From NCBI GenBank assembly GCA_965221655.1, contig OZ244906.1, positions 2,608,009 to 2,672,008 on the forward strand: 64,000 nucleotides of DNA, given 5' to 3'. Shown in pieces: positions 38,324 through 46,825 of this stretch (positions are counted from its first letter, which is position 1; every line of letters starts with the position of its first letter). Under the pieces are notes generated by a model. The model ran no database searches and was not told the origin of the DNA. It saw only the letters and a list, made by a program, of their open reading frames with translations. The position numbers were made by a program, and so were the translations under genes. The stretch is from a bacterium. Lineage in GTDB: Bacteria > UBA8248.

Positions 38324-39568
38324 ATGGCGCAGGCGACGTCGCGGCGCCCCAGGCTCAGACCCCTGGAGGCCGTGCCCACGGACCATGAAGGCCAAACGAT
38401 GCTGATGCTCAGAGACCCCCTGCATCTGAGCGACGCGGTATTGCTCGTCCCCATGCCCCTGGTGCGTGTACTCGAGCGGCTCGACGGGCGCCATACGTTC
38501 ACGGAAATCCGGGAGCGATGCCGCACCCTCCACGATTTCGACGTTCCCGAGGAAGTCTACTGCACGATGGTGGCGCGGCTCGAGGAGGCCCATTTTCTCG
38601 AGGGCGAGGGTTTCGACTCCTGGAGTGCGTCGCTCCAGGAGGCGTTCGTGCGCGCTCCTGTGCGCCCGAGCTTTCTGGCGGAGAAGAGCTACGCGGCGGA
38701 CCCGGCGCGTCTGCGTTCGGCGATTGAGGGATTCTTCACCTCAGCGGATGGCCCCGGATTGCCCCGGCAAGCCTCCGCCGCCCGGACGCTTCGGGGTCTC
38801 ATTGCCCCGCACATCGACTTTCAGCGGGGAGGCTCGACTTTCGCTTGTGCGTACAAGGCGCTCGCCGAGCGGACGGACGCGGACTTGTTCGTCGTCCTGG
38901 GCACGGCGCACGTCCCGATGGCGCACACCTATGTCCTTACGCGAAAGTCTTTCGACACGCCCTTCGGGGTGCTGGAGACGGACGCAGGATTCGTGGAGGC
39001 TCTCGCGGGCGGGCTCGGCGTCGACGCCTTTCGGGACGAATTCGCGCACCGGGCCGAGCACGCAATCGAGTTTCAGGCGGTTTTTCTGCAATATCTTTTC
39101 GCGGGCGTGCGGCCCGTGCGGTTCGTTCCCGTCCTGGTGGGTTCGTTCGGCGAGTTCGTCGCGCGCGGGGAATCTCCCCGTGGAGACGAACAGGTGGAGG
39201 CCTTCGTCTCGGCTCTCAAGGAAACGATGGCGGCCCACCACGCAAAAGGCAAAAAGATTTGCCTGATAGCGAGCGTGGATCTGGCCCACGTCGGCCCCCA
39301 GTTCGGCGACGCGCATCCCGTCGACGCAAAGCGGCTCGAAGAGTTGGCGCAGGCGGACGACGCTTCCCTCCGCGCGGCTTGCCGCGGAGACGCCGAGGCT
39401 TTCTACTGGAGCGTGGCCACGGACGGCGACGCGCGCAAGGTTTGTGGTTTGGCGCCCATCTACACCATGCTGCGCACTTTGGGTGCTTGCGAGGGAGAGG
39501 TGTTGCGCTACACGCAGTGGCCGGACCCGAACGGGGTGGTCACCTTTTGCAGCGCGGTGCTGGTTTGA
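38324..39568 (+). CDS. fusion protein: N-terminal PqqD-like (RiPP recognition element) domain plus MEMO1-family domain (AmmeMemoRadiSam system protein B-like)
   Basis: Residues of about 25-100 (VLLVPMPLVRVLERLDGRHTFTEIRERCRTLHDFDVPEEVYCTMVARLEEAHFLEG) fit the PqqD/RRE pattern. Residues of about 110-414 carry MEMO1 hallmarks (GLIAPHIDFQRGG, DLAHVGPQFGD). No internal stop lies between the two domains. Confidence 0.7.
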   Translation: MAQATSRRPRLRPLEAVPTDHEGQTMLMLRDPLHLSDAVLLVPMPLVRVLERLDGRHTFTEIRERCRTLHDFDVPEEVYCTMVARLEEAHFLEGEGFDSWSASLQEAFVRAPVRPSFLAEKSYAADPARLRSAIEGFFTSADGPGLPRQASAARTLRGLIAPHIDFQRGGSTFACAYKALAERTDADLFVVLGTAHVPMAHTYVLTRKSFDTPFGVLETDAGFVEALAGGLGVDAFRDEFAHRAEHAIEFQAVFLQYLFAGVRPVRFVPVLVGSFGEFVARGESPRGDEQVEAFVSALKETMAAHHAKGKKICLIASVDLAHVGPQFGDAHPVDAKRLEELAQADDASLRAACRGDAEAFYWSVATDGDARKVCGLAPIYTMLRTLGACEGEVLRYTQWPDPNGVVTFCSAVLV

Positions 39569-39611
39569 GAGATTCGCGTGTTCGGGAAATTTTCAAGAGG
39601 AGAATCAGGCG

Positions 39612-40595
39612 TTGCTTTATCTGAGTGAATCCGACGTAAAGAAACTGGTGAGCATGTCCGACGTCATGAGCGTAGTGGACGCATGCTTCAAGGCCCAGGG
39701 GGAGGGCCGCGCCCCCAACCAGCCCAGGCGGCGGGTGTTCGTCCCCAAGGGGACGATGCACGTCATGTTCGGCGGCATGGTCGACGCGGAAGAGAGCTAC
39801 ATGGGTCTCAAGGCCTACACCACGTTTCCGGGAATCGGCGTGCGGTTCGTCTTTTTACTGTGGGATGCCAACACCTCCGAGATGCTCGCACTTATGGAGG
39901 CGAACGTGCAGGGGCAACTGCGGACGGGTGCGGCGAGCGGCGTCGCGGCGCAATACATGGCGCGTGCGGACGCCACGGAGGCAGGCTTGATCGGCACGGG
40001 CTGGCAGGCGCGGGCGCAACTCGAAGCCCTTTGCTGCGCGCGCGATCTGGAGGTCGTGAAGGTGTATAGCCGAAACGCGGAGAAGCGTGAGAAATTCATT
40101 CGCGCAATGCAGGACAGGGTGAGCGCGAAACTCACCCCCGTGGAATCGGCGCGCGATGCGGTGCGGGGTTCGCAAATCGTGTGCACCATCACCACGGCGC
40201 GCGCGCCCGTTTTCGACGGAGCCGACCTCGAGGCGGGAACCACGGTTCTCGCAGCGGGATCGAACCGCGTGACGAATCGCGAGATCGACGACGAAACCTT
40301 CCGCCGGGCGGGCAGAATCGTAACCGACAGCCTCGAGGGAGCCGCCTTTGAGAGTGGCGACCTGGTGGGCGCGGTGCGGGCGAACGCCATCCAGTGGGGC
40401 CAGGTTGCGGAGATCGGGCTCGTGGCGAGCGGTGCCATGCCCGGGCGCGCCTCCGACGAGGAAATCAACGTCTTCCTGAGCCAGGGAGTCGCGATAGAGG
40501 ACGTGGCCCTGGGCGCGGAACTCTACCGCCGCGCCAAGGCGCAGGGCGTCGGCGCGCAACTGCCCGTGGAGGGATTCTTCAAGAGAGCGACCTGA
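39612..40595 (+). CDS. ornithine cyclodeaminase / mu-crystallin family protein
   Basis: OCD_Mu_crystall pattern with the Rossmann motif IGTGWQARAQ. The RBS AGGAGAA precedes a TTG start. Confidence 0.8.
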   Translation: MLYLSESDVKKLVSMSDVMSVVDACFKAQGEGRAPNQPRRRVFVPKGTMHVMFGGMVDAEESYMGLKAYTTFPGIGVRFVFLLWDANTSEMLALMEANVQGQLRTGAASGVAAQYMARADATEAGLIGTGWQARAQLEALCCARDLEVVKVYSRNAEKREKFIRAMQDRVSAKLTPVESARDAVRGSQIVCTITTARAPVFDGADLEAGTTVLAAGSNRVTNREIDDETFRRAGRIVTDSLEGAAFESGDLVGAVRANAIQWGQVAEIGLVASGAMPGRASDEEINVFLSQGVAIEDVALGAELYRRAKAQGVGAQLPVEGFFKRAT

Positions 40596-40601
40596 GGCGC
40601 G

Positions 40602-41482
40602 TCAGGCGTCCAGCCCCGCCGCCTCGTCGAAGAACGCGCGCACGGCGTTTTGGTCCGCTTCGCCAAAGCCCATCGCCGAGGCGGATATGAGCACTTGCCT
40701 CGCCAGGGCGGCGAATGGCGTCGGGGTCGTGGCCGCGTCGGCCATCTCCGCGATGAGGCGCAGGTCCTTGCGCATCAAGTCGACCTTGAAGTAGGTCGTG
40801 TAGTCTCTCCTGGCCAGGGCGTCGCCCTTGATGCCGAGGATCTTCGGTATCGAGGCCTGCTTCATGTACTCTATCATCGCAACGGGGTCGAGTCCCGCGC
40901 GTTCGCCAAGTGTGAGGCCTTCGGACACCACGGAGAGGAACACCGAGACAATCTGGTTGGCCACGAGCTTCATGTGCAGACCCGCACCGTTCGGCCCGAA
41001 GTGGTGGATGGATTCGGATACCGCCTCGAGCACGTCGCGGTGGCGGTTCATGGCCTCCTCGTCTCCGCCGACCATCACGTTGAGTTCGGCGCGGACGGCG
41101 CTGGGGGCGCTCCCGCTCACGGGCGTGTCGAGAAAAATCGCGCCCCGCTGTGCGGCTTCCTGAGCGATGGCCTGGCTGCCGCCCGGGGCGATGGTCGAAA
41201 AATCGAAGCACACCACACCCGCAGGCGCGCCCAGGAGCGCTCCTTTTTCTCCCAGGTAGGTCTCGCGTACATCCTGGGTCTCGGGTACTGAGGAGCAGAC
41301 GACTTGTGCCTGTGCTGCGGCTTCGGCGGGGGAATCGAACGTTTTTGCTCCCGCATCTTCCGCGCGGGCGCGCGCCTCGGGTGCGGGGTCGAACCCGTGC
41401 ACTTCAAACCCTGCCTTTATCAGATTACCCACCATGGCCCCGCCCATGGTGCCCAACCCAAGGTACGCAACGATTTTCGACA
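40602..41482 (-). CDS. NAD(P)-dependent beta-hydroxyacid dehydrogenase (HIBADH family)
   Basis: VAYLGLGTMG motif, DTPVSG catalytic region, and a C-terminal helical domain. GTG start with a GGAGAAACC RBS. The N-terminal extension in the track is rejected. Confidence 0.8.
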
Positions 41483-41704
41483 CGGTGGTTTCTCCCCGGA
41501 TGCGCGGACGGCGCGCAAAATCCGTCCGCTTGCCTGTTGTGTGCGCTTGCGCCAATTCTAGCGTATCGCCGGGGCAGGGGACACCGGCGCGGCTTGCCTT
41601 TTTCCTTTCCCTCGGCTATGGTTCGGCTTTCGTTTCGGGGCGTGGCGCCTCCGCGCACCCCGAAATTTGGGTGACGGACCGGTTTCGACGATAGAGGTTT
41701 CGCG

Positions 41705-41854
41705 ATGCGCGAGAACATTCAGCTCGAATGCACGACTTGCAAGAGGATGCGCTACACCACCACGAAAAACAAGCGCAACACGCCGGATCGGCTCGAGTTC
41801 AAAAAGTACTGCAAGTTCTGCCGAGGGCACGAGCCGTTTCGGGAGATCAAGTAA
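41705..41854 (+). CDS. rpmG: 50S ribosomal protein L33
   Basis: 49-aa peptide [49 protein letters not shown] with the L33 Cys4 zinc-ribbon pattern. It is absent from the ORF track because it is too short. Confidence 0.85.
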   Translation: MRENIQLECTTCKRMRYTTTKNKRNTPDRLEFKKYCKFCRGHEPFREIK

Positions 41855-42115
41855 ATGAAGACCCACAAGAATACCGTGGCGCGCAAGCGTTGCGTCGTGA
41901 CTGGCAAGAGCGTCATGTACGGCAACAACGTCTCGCATTCGCACAAGAAGACAAGAAGAAGATTCGAAGCCAACCTCCACACCAAGCGTTTCTACCTTCC
42001 CGATGAGAAGCGCTGGGTGAAGTTGCTCGTCTCTGCGCGCGGCCTCAAGATAATCGCCAAGCGCGGCATCTCGAAAGTCCTGGCCGAGGTCAAAAAGCGC
42101 GACGGCGCCCTCTAG
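41855..42115 (+). CDS. rpmB: 50S ribosomal protein L28
   Basis: The ATG overlaps the L33 stop (TAAATG). The sequence TGKSVMYGNNVSHSHKKTRRRFEANLH is a typical L28 core. Confidence 0.85.
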   Translation: MKTHKNTVARKRCVVTGKSVMYGNNVSHSHKKTRRRFEANLHTKRFYLPDEKRWVKLLVSARGLKIIAKRGISKVLAEVKKRDGAL

Positions 42116-42199
42116 CCCCGCCCCCGTGCAGGTTCGCGTGTTTGTCGCGCAAGACCCCGGGGTGCCTTTATCTGCTCGGGTGGTGGCGTCTCCTCCGCT

Positions 42200-42985
42200 T
42201 CAGCCTTCGTTTTCTTCTTCGAGCATCTCGCGGTATCGCTCATAAGAGGGCGGAAAGCCGCCCGAATAGTTGAGCCAGTTCGTCACCGGATAACGCGCCG
42301 CCCCCGCCTTGTGGGTGGCCTCGAGTCCCTCGAGAATCTCCTCCATCGCCGCGTAGGGAAACGAGAACGCCACCTCGTGGTCCTGTACCTGGCCGAAGAT
42401 ACGATCCCCCGTGCAGGGGACGACCATCTGCGGCTCTCCCGTCGTGTGGGGGGCGATGGCCAAATCCGCGCAGTCGATTCTTCCCCGAAAGGCGCTGCCC
42501 AGCGTACCTCCGCGCTTCCAGAGCCACGCCTGGCCCAGCCGCATAATCTGCGCGCCGTTGCCGTAGACGACGACCGAGTCGGGTGCGAAAGCAGCGCGGT
42601 GTAAGGGTGCGACGAGCACGCCCACGTATGCGCCCTGGGGCAGCTTCGGTACGCTCTCCTCGCTCAGGCGGCCCGCCTCGAGGTTCTCCGTGTAGAGGTC
42701 GATGCACAGGTTGCCCTCGGTGTAATGGGGCAGGCGCTTTTCGATACCCAGAGCCATCGCGCCCAGCACGCAACTGCTGTCCTCGCTTCCCAGGGCGAGT
42801 GCCCAGCCGTAGCGCCGCGCCATGGAAACCGCCTGGCAGGTGGTGAAGCGGTTGCCCAGGTCCGCCAGGGGGCGCTTCGTTCTGGGCGGCACCTCCTCCC
42901 AGGAAGTCAGGAACTTCACTGTCACGGGGAAGGTGGCGAGCCGCAGGAAGCGGCCCAGTCTCTCGTCGTATTCCGCGTTCTTCAT
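42200..42985 (-). CDS. hypothetical protein, possibly DUF169 family
   Basis: 261-aa soluble protein. The assignment rests on length and composition only. Confidence 0.4.
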   Translation of the reverse strand: MKNAEYDERLGRFLRLATFPVTVKFLTSWEEVPPRTKRPLADLGNRFTTCQAVSMARRYGWALALGSEDSSCVLGAMALGIEKRLPHYTEGNLCIDLYTENLEAGRLSEESVPKLPQGAYVGVLVAPLHRAAFAPDSVVVYGNGAQIMRLGQAWLWKRGGTLGSAFRGRIDCADLAIAPHTTGEPQMVVPCTGDRIFGQVQDHEVAFSFPYAAMEEILEGLEATHKAGAARYPVTNWLNYSGGFPPSYERYREMLEEENEG

Positions 42986-43461
42986 GTCGGCCTCCCTCGA
43001 TTGCTTCGCGCCAGGGGTTATCGTAGCATTTGAGAACCAAGGCGGTCATGAGGCGGGTCGTCTATTTGCCTGGCGCGCACGCGGTTGGGCTGAGGCGCAA
43101 TCCGTGTGCCGCGACCGGCGAGACGGTAGCATACGACAGCGTACGCGATTTTGGCGGCGCAGCGGGTGTTGACATACAAGCCAATGCGCCTTCAAGGACA
43201 ATGGGCGCACCGGGTTTTTTCTAACCGGCGGAAGCCGCCGGTCGTTTCGGTTGCGTAGCAGGCGCGTTCGCAGCACAGGCGCCTGAGTGCGTTCGACAAC
43301 GACCAACCTCGTACGGGCGCGGAGAATGGTACCTCCCCCCTTTGCTCGATCCCTTGCCGCCGCGGTTTTTCGTCTGCCTTGCGTATCAAGGTGGTCCATC
43401 GACAAAAGGAGAGAGAGGGGCGGGAACCGAGCAGGGTCGCGCTCTTTTTGCTCCACCCAAC

Positions 43462-44820
43462 ATGAAGAGATTTTTTCTGTCCTTCATAGCACTCCTCGTT
43501 TTTACGCACCTGGCGGTGGGGGGTGTCGCCGCTGACTCCCATGTCTCCGGCGACCTCGTGGTGCGGATGGCGCGCACCTTGATGCATCAGGGCCGCTACG
43601 CCGCAGCCCTGCGGATTCTGCGTCCTTTGCTGAAGGCAGGCGAGGACGATACCGACGTGCGTTTTCTCGTGGGTCTCGCGGCCATCGAGCACTCCCGGCG
43701 TCTGCCCGCGAACAAGCAAAACGAGCGCGTCGCCCTGCTGGAGGAGGCCATTGCCGCCCTGCGCGCGATTCTCATCGAAAGGCCCGGGCTCGTGCGCGTG
43801 CGGCTCGAGCTCGCGCGTGCGTTTTTCCTGAAGGGCGAGGACGACCTCTCGCGTGAGCATTTCGAGCGCGTGCTGGCGGGCAAGCCGCCCGAGGCCGTAG
43901 CGGCCAACGTCCATCGTTTCCTGCGCACCATACGCGCGCGGCGCGGGTGGAGCGCCTACTTCGGCTTTTCCATCGCACCCGACACGAACATCGGCGCCAT
44001 CTCGAACGACGAGGTCATCTATATATACGGGCTGCCCTTCCGGCGCTCGGAGGGCGCGGAGAAGAGCTCGGGAGTCGGATTCATCACGTGGGGCGGGGCC
44101 GAGTACCAGAAGCCTTTGGCGAAACGCTTGCGTCTGCGCGTGGGGACGGACTTCTCCCGCCGCGAATACGAGGAGCGGGACTTCGACCAGACGGTCGTCT
44201 CCGTCCACAGCGGGCCGCGCTGGTGGGTGAGTCCGCGCTCGGAGTTCAGCCTGCTGGCGAACGTGCGCGAGCACTTTATCGGGGATGAGTCCTACAGCCG
44301 CGAAATCGGTGCGCGCCTCGAGGTGGAACACCGCTTCATGCGTCGAGGGCGGCTGAGCGGGCGCGTCTCCTGGCACGAGCGCCAATACGCGCGCCTCGAC
44401 TATCTCGATGGGCCGGTTCTCTCGCTGGGGTTGGACGGCTCGTGGATATTCAACCCCACCCTTCTGGGTCGGGCTTCGTTCGGCTTTCTGGACGAAAGGC
44501 CCGAACAACTGCGCTATCGCAACGCGACCTACTGGGGGCGCCTCGGTTTTTCCGTCGCCTTGCCGCGCGGCCTCACCCTGGGCGGGTCGGGCGAGTTTCG
44601 CGCCGTCGGATACGAGGGCGGGTGGTTTCCCTTTACGCGCGGCGGTTCCTCGCGCGAGGACAACGTGCGCATCTACCGTCTTTCCATCTACAGCCGCGCC
44701 TTCACCCTGTGGGGATTCAGCCCCCAGTTCGTGGTGGTGCGGGAATCACGCGAATCGAACGCGCAACTCTACGACTACGCCCGCACGCGGGGCGAGTTGC
44801 GTTTCGTGCGCCAGTTCTAA
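43462..44820 (+). CDS. outer-membrane beta-barrel protein with an N-terminal TPR-like region (DUF560 / Slam-like architecture)
   Basis: Signal peptide MKRFFLSFIALLVFTHLAVGG, TPR-like helices, and a C-terminal region of alternating amphipathic strands ending in an aromatic residue (RFVRQF). The track's opposite-strand ORF 43192..44508 is rejected. Confidence 0.55.
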   Translation: MKRFFLSFIALLVFTHLAVGGVAADSHVSGDLVVRMARTLMHQGRYAAALRILRPLLKAGEDDTDVRFLVGLAAIEHSRRLPANKQNERVALLEEAIAALRAILIERPGLVRVRLELARAFFLKGEDDLSREHFERVLAGKPPEAVAANVHRFLRTIRARRGWSAYFGFSIAPDTNIGAISNDEVIYIYGLPFRRSEGAEKSSGVGFITWGGAEYQKPLAKRLRLRVGTDFSRREYEERDFDQTVVSVHSGPRWWVSPRSEFSLLANVREHFIGDESYSREIGARLEVEHRFMRRGRLSGRVSWHERQYARLDYLDGPVLSLGLDGSWIFNPTLLGRASFGFLDERPEQLRYRNATYWGRLGFSVALPRGLTLGGSGEFRAVGYEGGWFPFTRGGSSREDNVRIYRLSIYSRAFTLWGFSPQFVVVRESRESNAQLYDYARTRGELRFVRQF

Positions 44821-44839
44821 AACGGAGGAGGAACCGATT

Positions 44840-45739
44840 TTGACCCCACTCGGTTTTATAGGTCTGGGTTTAATGGGCAAGCCCATGGCGCGGCGGCTTC
44901 TTGCGGCGGGGCATCCCCTCTCGGTGTCGAGCCGCAGCCGCCCGCCCGTGGACGAACTCGCAGGCGAGGGGGCATACGCCTGCGATGCACCCGCCGGGGT
45001 GGCTGCGCGCGCCGACGTCGTCTTCACCATGCTGCCCGACGCACCGCATCTCGAAGACGTGGTGTTCTCCGAGAACGGTCTGGCCTCTGCCATGAAACCG
45101 GGCAGCGTACTGGTGGACTGCACGAGCAACGACCCGGCCTGCACGGCCCGCGTCGCCCGTGCACTGGCGGAGAAGGGCGTGGGGATCCTGGATGCGCCGG
45201 TATCGGGCGCACCCGAGGGTGCTGCGGCGGGTACGCTTGCGATCATGGTCGGGGGGGCGAAGGAGGTCTTCACGCGCTGCGAACCCTTGCTGGGCGTCCT
45301 GGGGGCGAAGGTGGTGCACGTGGGCGAGGAGGCGGGTTCGGGTTGCATCGCCAAGCTGGCGAACCAGATTCTGGTGGCCGTGACCTTCCTGGGCGTGGGC
45401 GAGGCGCTCGTCTTCGGAGCCAAGGCGGGTCTCGACCCCGCCGCCCTGGTCGAAGTGATGGGAGCGGGCCTTGCACGCTGCGGGGGGCTGGAGGTCAAGG
45501 CGCCCAAGATTCTTTCGGGCGATTTCTCCCCCGGCGGCAAGATCACGAGCCACGTCAAGGACTTGCGCTACGCCCTCGAACAAGCGCGCGAGCGCAGCGT
45601 CGCCCTGCCGGGAGCCTCGCTCGTGGCCCAGATGTTCAACTCCCAGGTGGCGAACGGCGAGGGAGAACTCGATCACATCGCTCTCGTCAAGGTGCTCGAA
45701 CGCATGGCGGGCATAGAAGCCCGCTCGCCGCGGGGCTGA
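44840..45739 (+). CDS. NAD(P)-dependent beta-hydroxyacid dehydrogenase (HIBADH family)
   Basis: The RBS GGAGGAGGAA precedes a TTG start. IGLGLMG motif, DAPVSG catalytic region, and a C-terminal helical domain. Confidence 0.8.
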   Translation: MTPLGFIGLGLMGKPMARRLLAAGHPLSVSSRSRPPVDELAGEGAYACDAPAGVAARADVVFTMLPDAPHLEDVVFSENGLASAMKPGSVLVDCTSNDPACTARVARALAEKGVGILDAPVSGAPEGAAAGTLAIMVGGAKEVFTRCEPLLGVLGAKVVHVGEEAGSGCIAKLANQILVAVTFLGVGEALVFGAKAGLDPAALVEVMGAGLARCGGLEVKAPKILSGDFSPGGKITSHVKDLRYALEQARERSVALPGASLVAQMFNSQVANGEGELDHIALVKVLERMAGIEARSPRG

Positions 45740-45871
45740 GAATGCCAGGTCGTTGCGGGTCAGGTTCTGGACGCCCCTCGCTTCGTCCACCCCGCGTTTT
45801 CGTGTATGGTTCGAGGAGTCGCGTGAGGAGCCCCCTCTCGCGCAGGAACGAAGGCAGGAGGAGACGCCGTT

Positions 45872-46213
45872 TTGCGGCACGAGCCCGTTTTGGCGAAGTT
45901 GAACGAGTTGAGAAAAGACGCACAGGGAGAGGGCGGCGTCGAGGAGAAAGCCCTCTACCATGCGTTCTGCTTCATCTCCTACGAGGTGGGTGCGTTTGCG
46001 GACTTCGTGGAGGGGGGCAAGCCTCCCGCGGAGAAGAAGGGCGTTGCTCCCGGAACCGTCTCGCAAACCTACCTGGAGACGCTCGACGCGCTGCGCGAAG
46101 AAGTCGCCGACGATCCGGATGACATGGAATGCATCGCCCTGGACCGCGCGGCGGCCTTCATTTCGCAGGTTCCGGGAGATTTCCAGGCCTACCTGACCGA
46201 AGCGGAGGGGTGA
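45872..46213 (+). CDS. hypothetical acidic protein
   Basis: 113-aa ORF with plausible composition in a gap between genes. No recognisable motif. Confidence 0.3.
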   Translation: MRHEPVLAKLNELRKDAQGEGGVEEKALYHAFCFISYEVGAFADFVEGGKPPAEKKGVAPGTVSQTYLETLDALREEVADDPDDMECIALDRAAAFISQVPGDFQAYLTEAEG

Positions 46214-46238
46214 AGGCGCACGGGCGGCTCGTACGTGA

Positions 46239-46538
46239 GTGATCAAGAGCCTGAAGGCCGTGCGATTCTTCACAGGTGGCCACCACATGTTCGGAGGCTT
46301 GGTGATAGCGTCTTCCACCAAGGGCTATCTCTTTTTGCTCGTTGCGCTCGTGGTTGCGCTCAATCATTTTTTGTTCTCGGTTGCTCCGGACGCGGCACGG
46401 CCCGTTTTCCATTGGATTGATCCGTTCGTCGTCCTCGGGCTGGCTTTCGTGTTTGTCCGCAACCTGGGAGACGCGGTGCGGGCGGTTCCCGTAGGTGCGC
46501 TGACCATTTTTACGCCTACAACTATCTCGCCAAGATAG
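46239..46538 (+). CDS. hypothetical small membrane protein
   Basis: Two hydrophobic helices. GTG start. Confidence 0.25.
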   Translation: MIKSLKAVRFFTGGHHMFGGLVIASSTKGYLFLLVALVVALNHFLFSVAPDAARPVFHWIDPFVVLGLAFVFVRNLGDAVRAVPVGALTIFTPTTISPR

Positions 46539-46825
46539 CGGGAAGCGGCTTGGAGAGCGGCGTCGTGTGGCTCGTTTCGGTTCCCTTCGCTATTTCCGTG
46601 CTCGTTTGCGAAGGCTTTTTCCACTTGCGCTCGGATAAGTAGGCGCACTGCCCGAAAGACGCGCATGTGCGGCTTTTCGGCGCGCATCGTCCCGTCTGCG
46701 GCCTTCGTCTTGTTATCCCCAAAATCGATGTTGTATGGTTCGTTTTTTCCATATTGACGTATTTCGTAGTAGTTTGCGGCGTGGCCTGGAGGCGCCGCCG
46801 CCTCGTTCGAGAAAGGAGCCGTCCC

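Noticed and set aside
43192-44508. 438-aa minus-strand ORF overlapping the Slam-like gene
   Set aside because: The plus-strand product has a signal peptide, TPR-like helices and a C-terminal barrel signature. The minus-strand translation is a featureless Arg/Ala-rich sequence.
44870-46321. 483-aa minus-strand ORF
   Set aside because: Antisense to the HIBADH gene and neighbouring sequence. No motifs.
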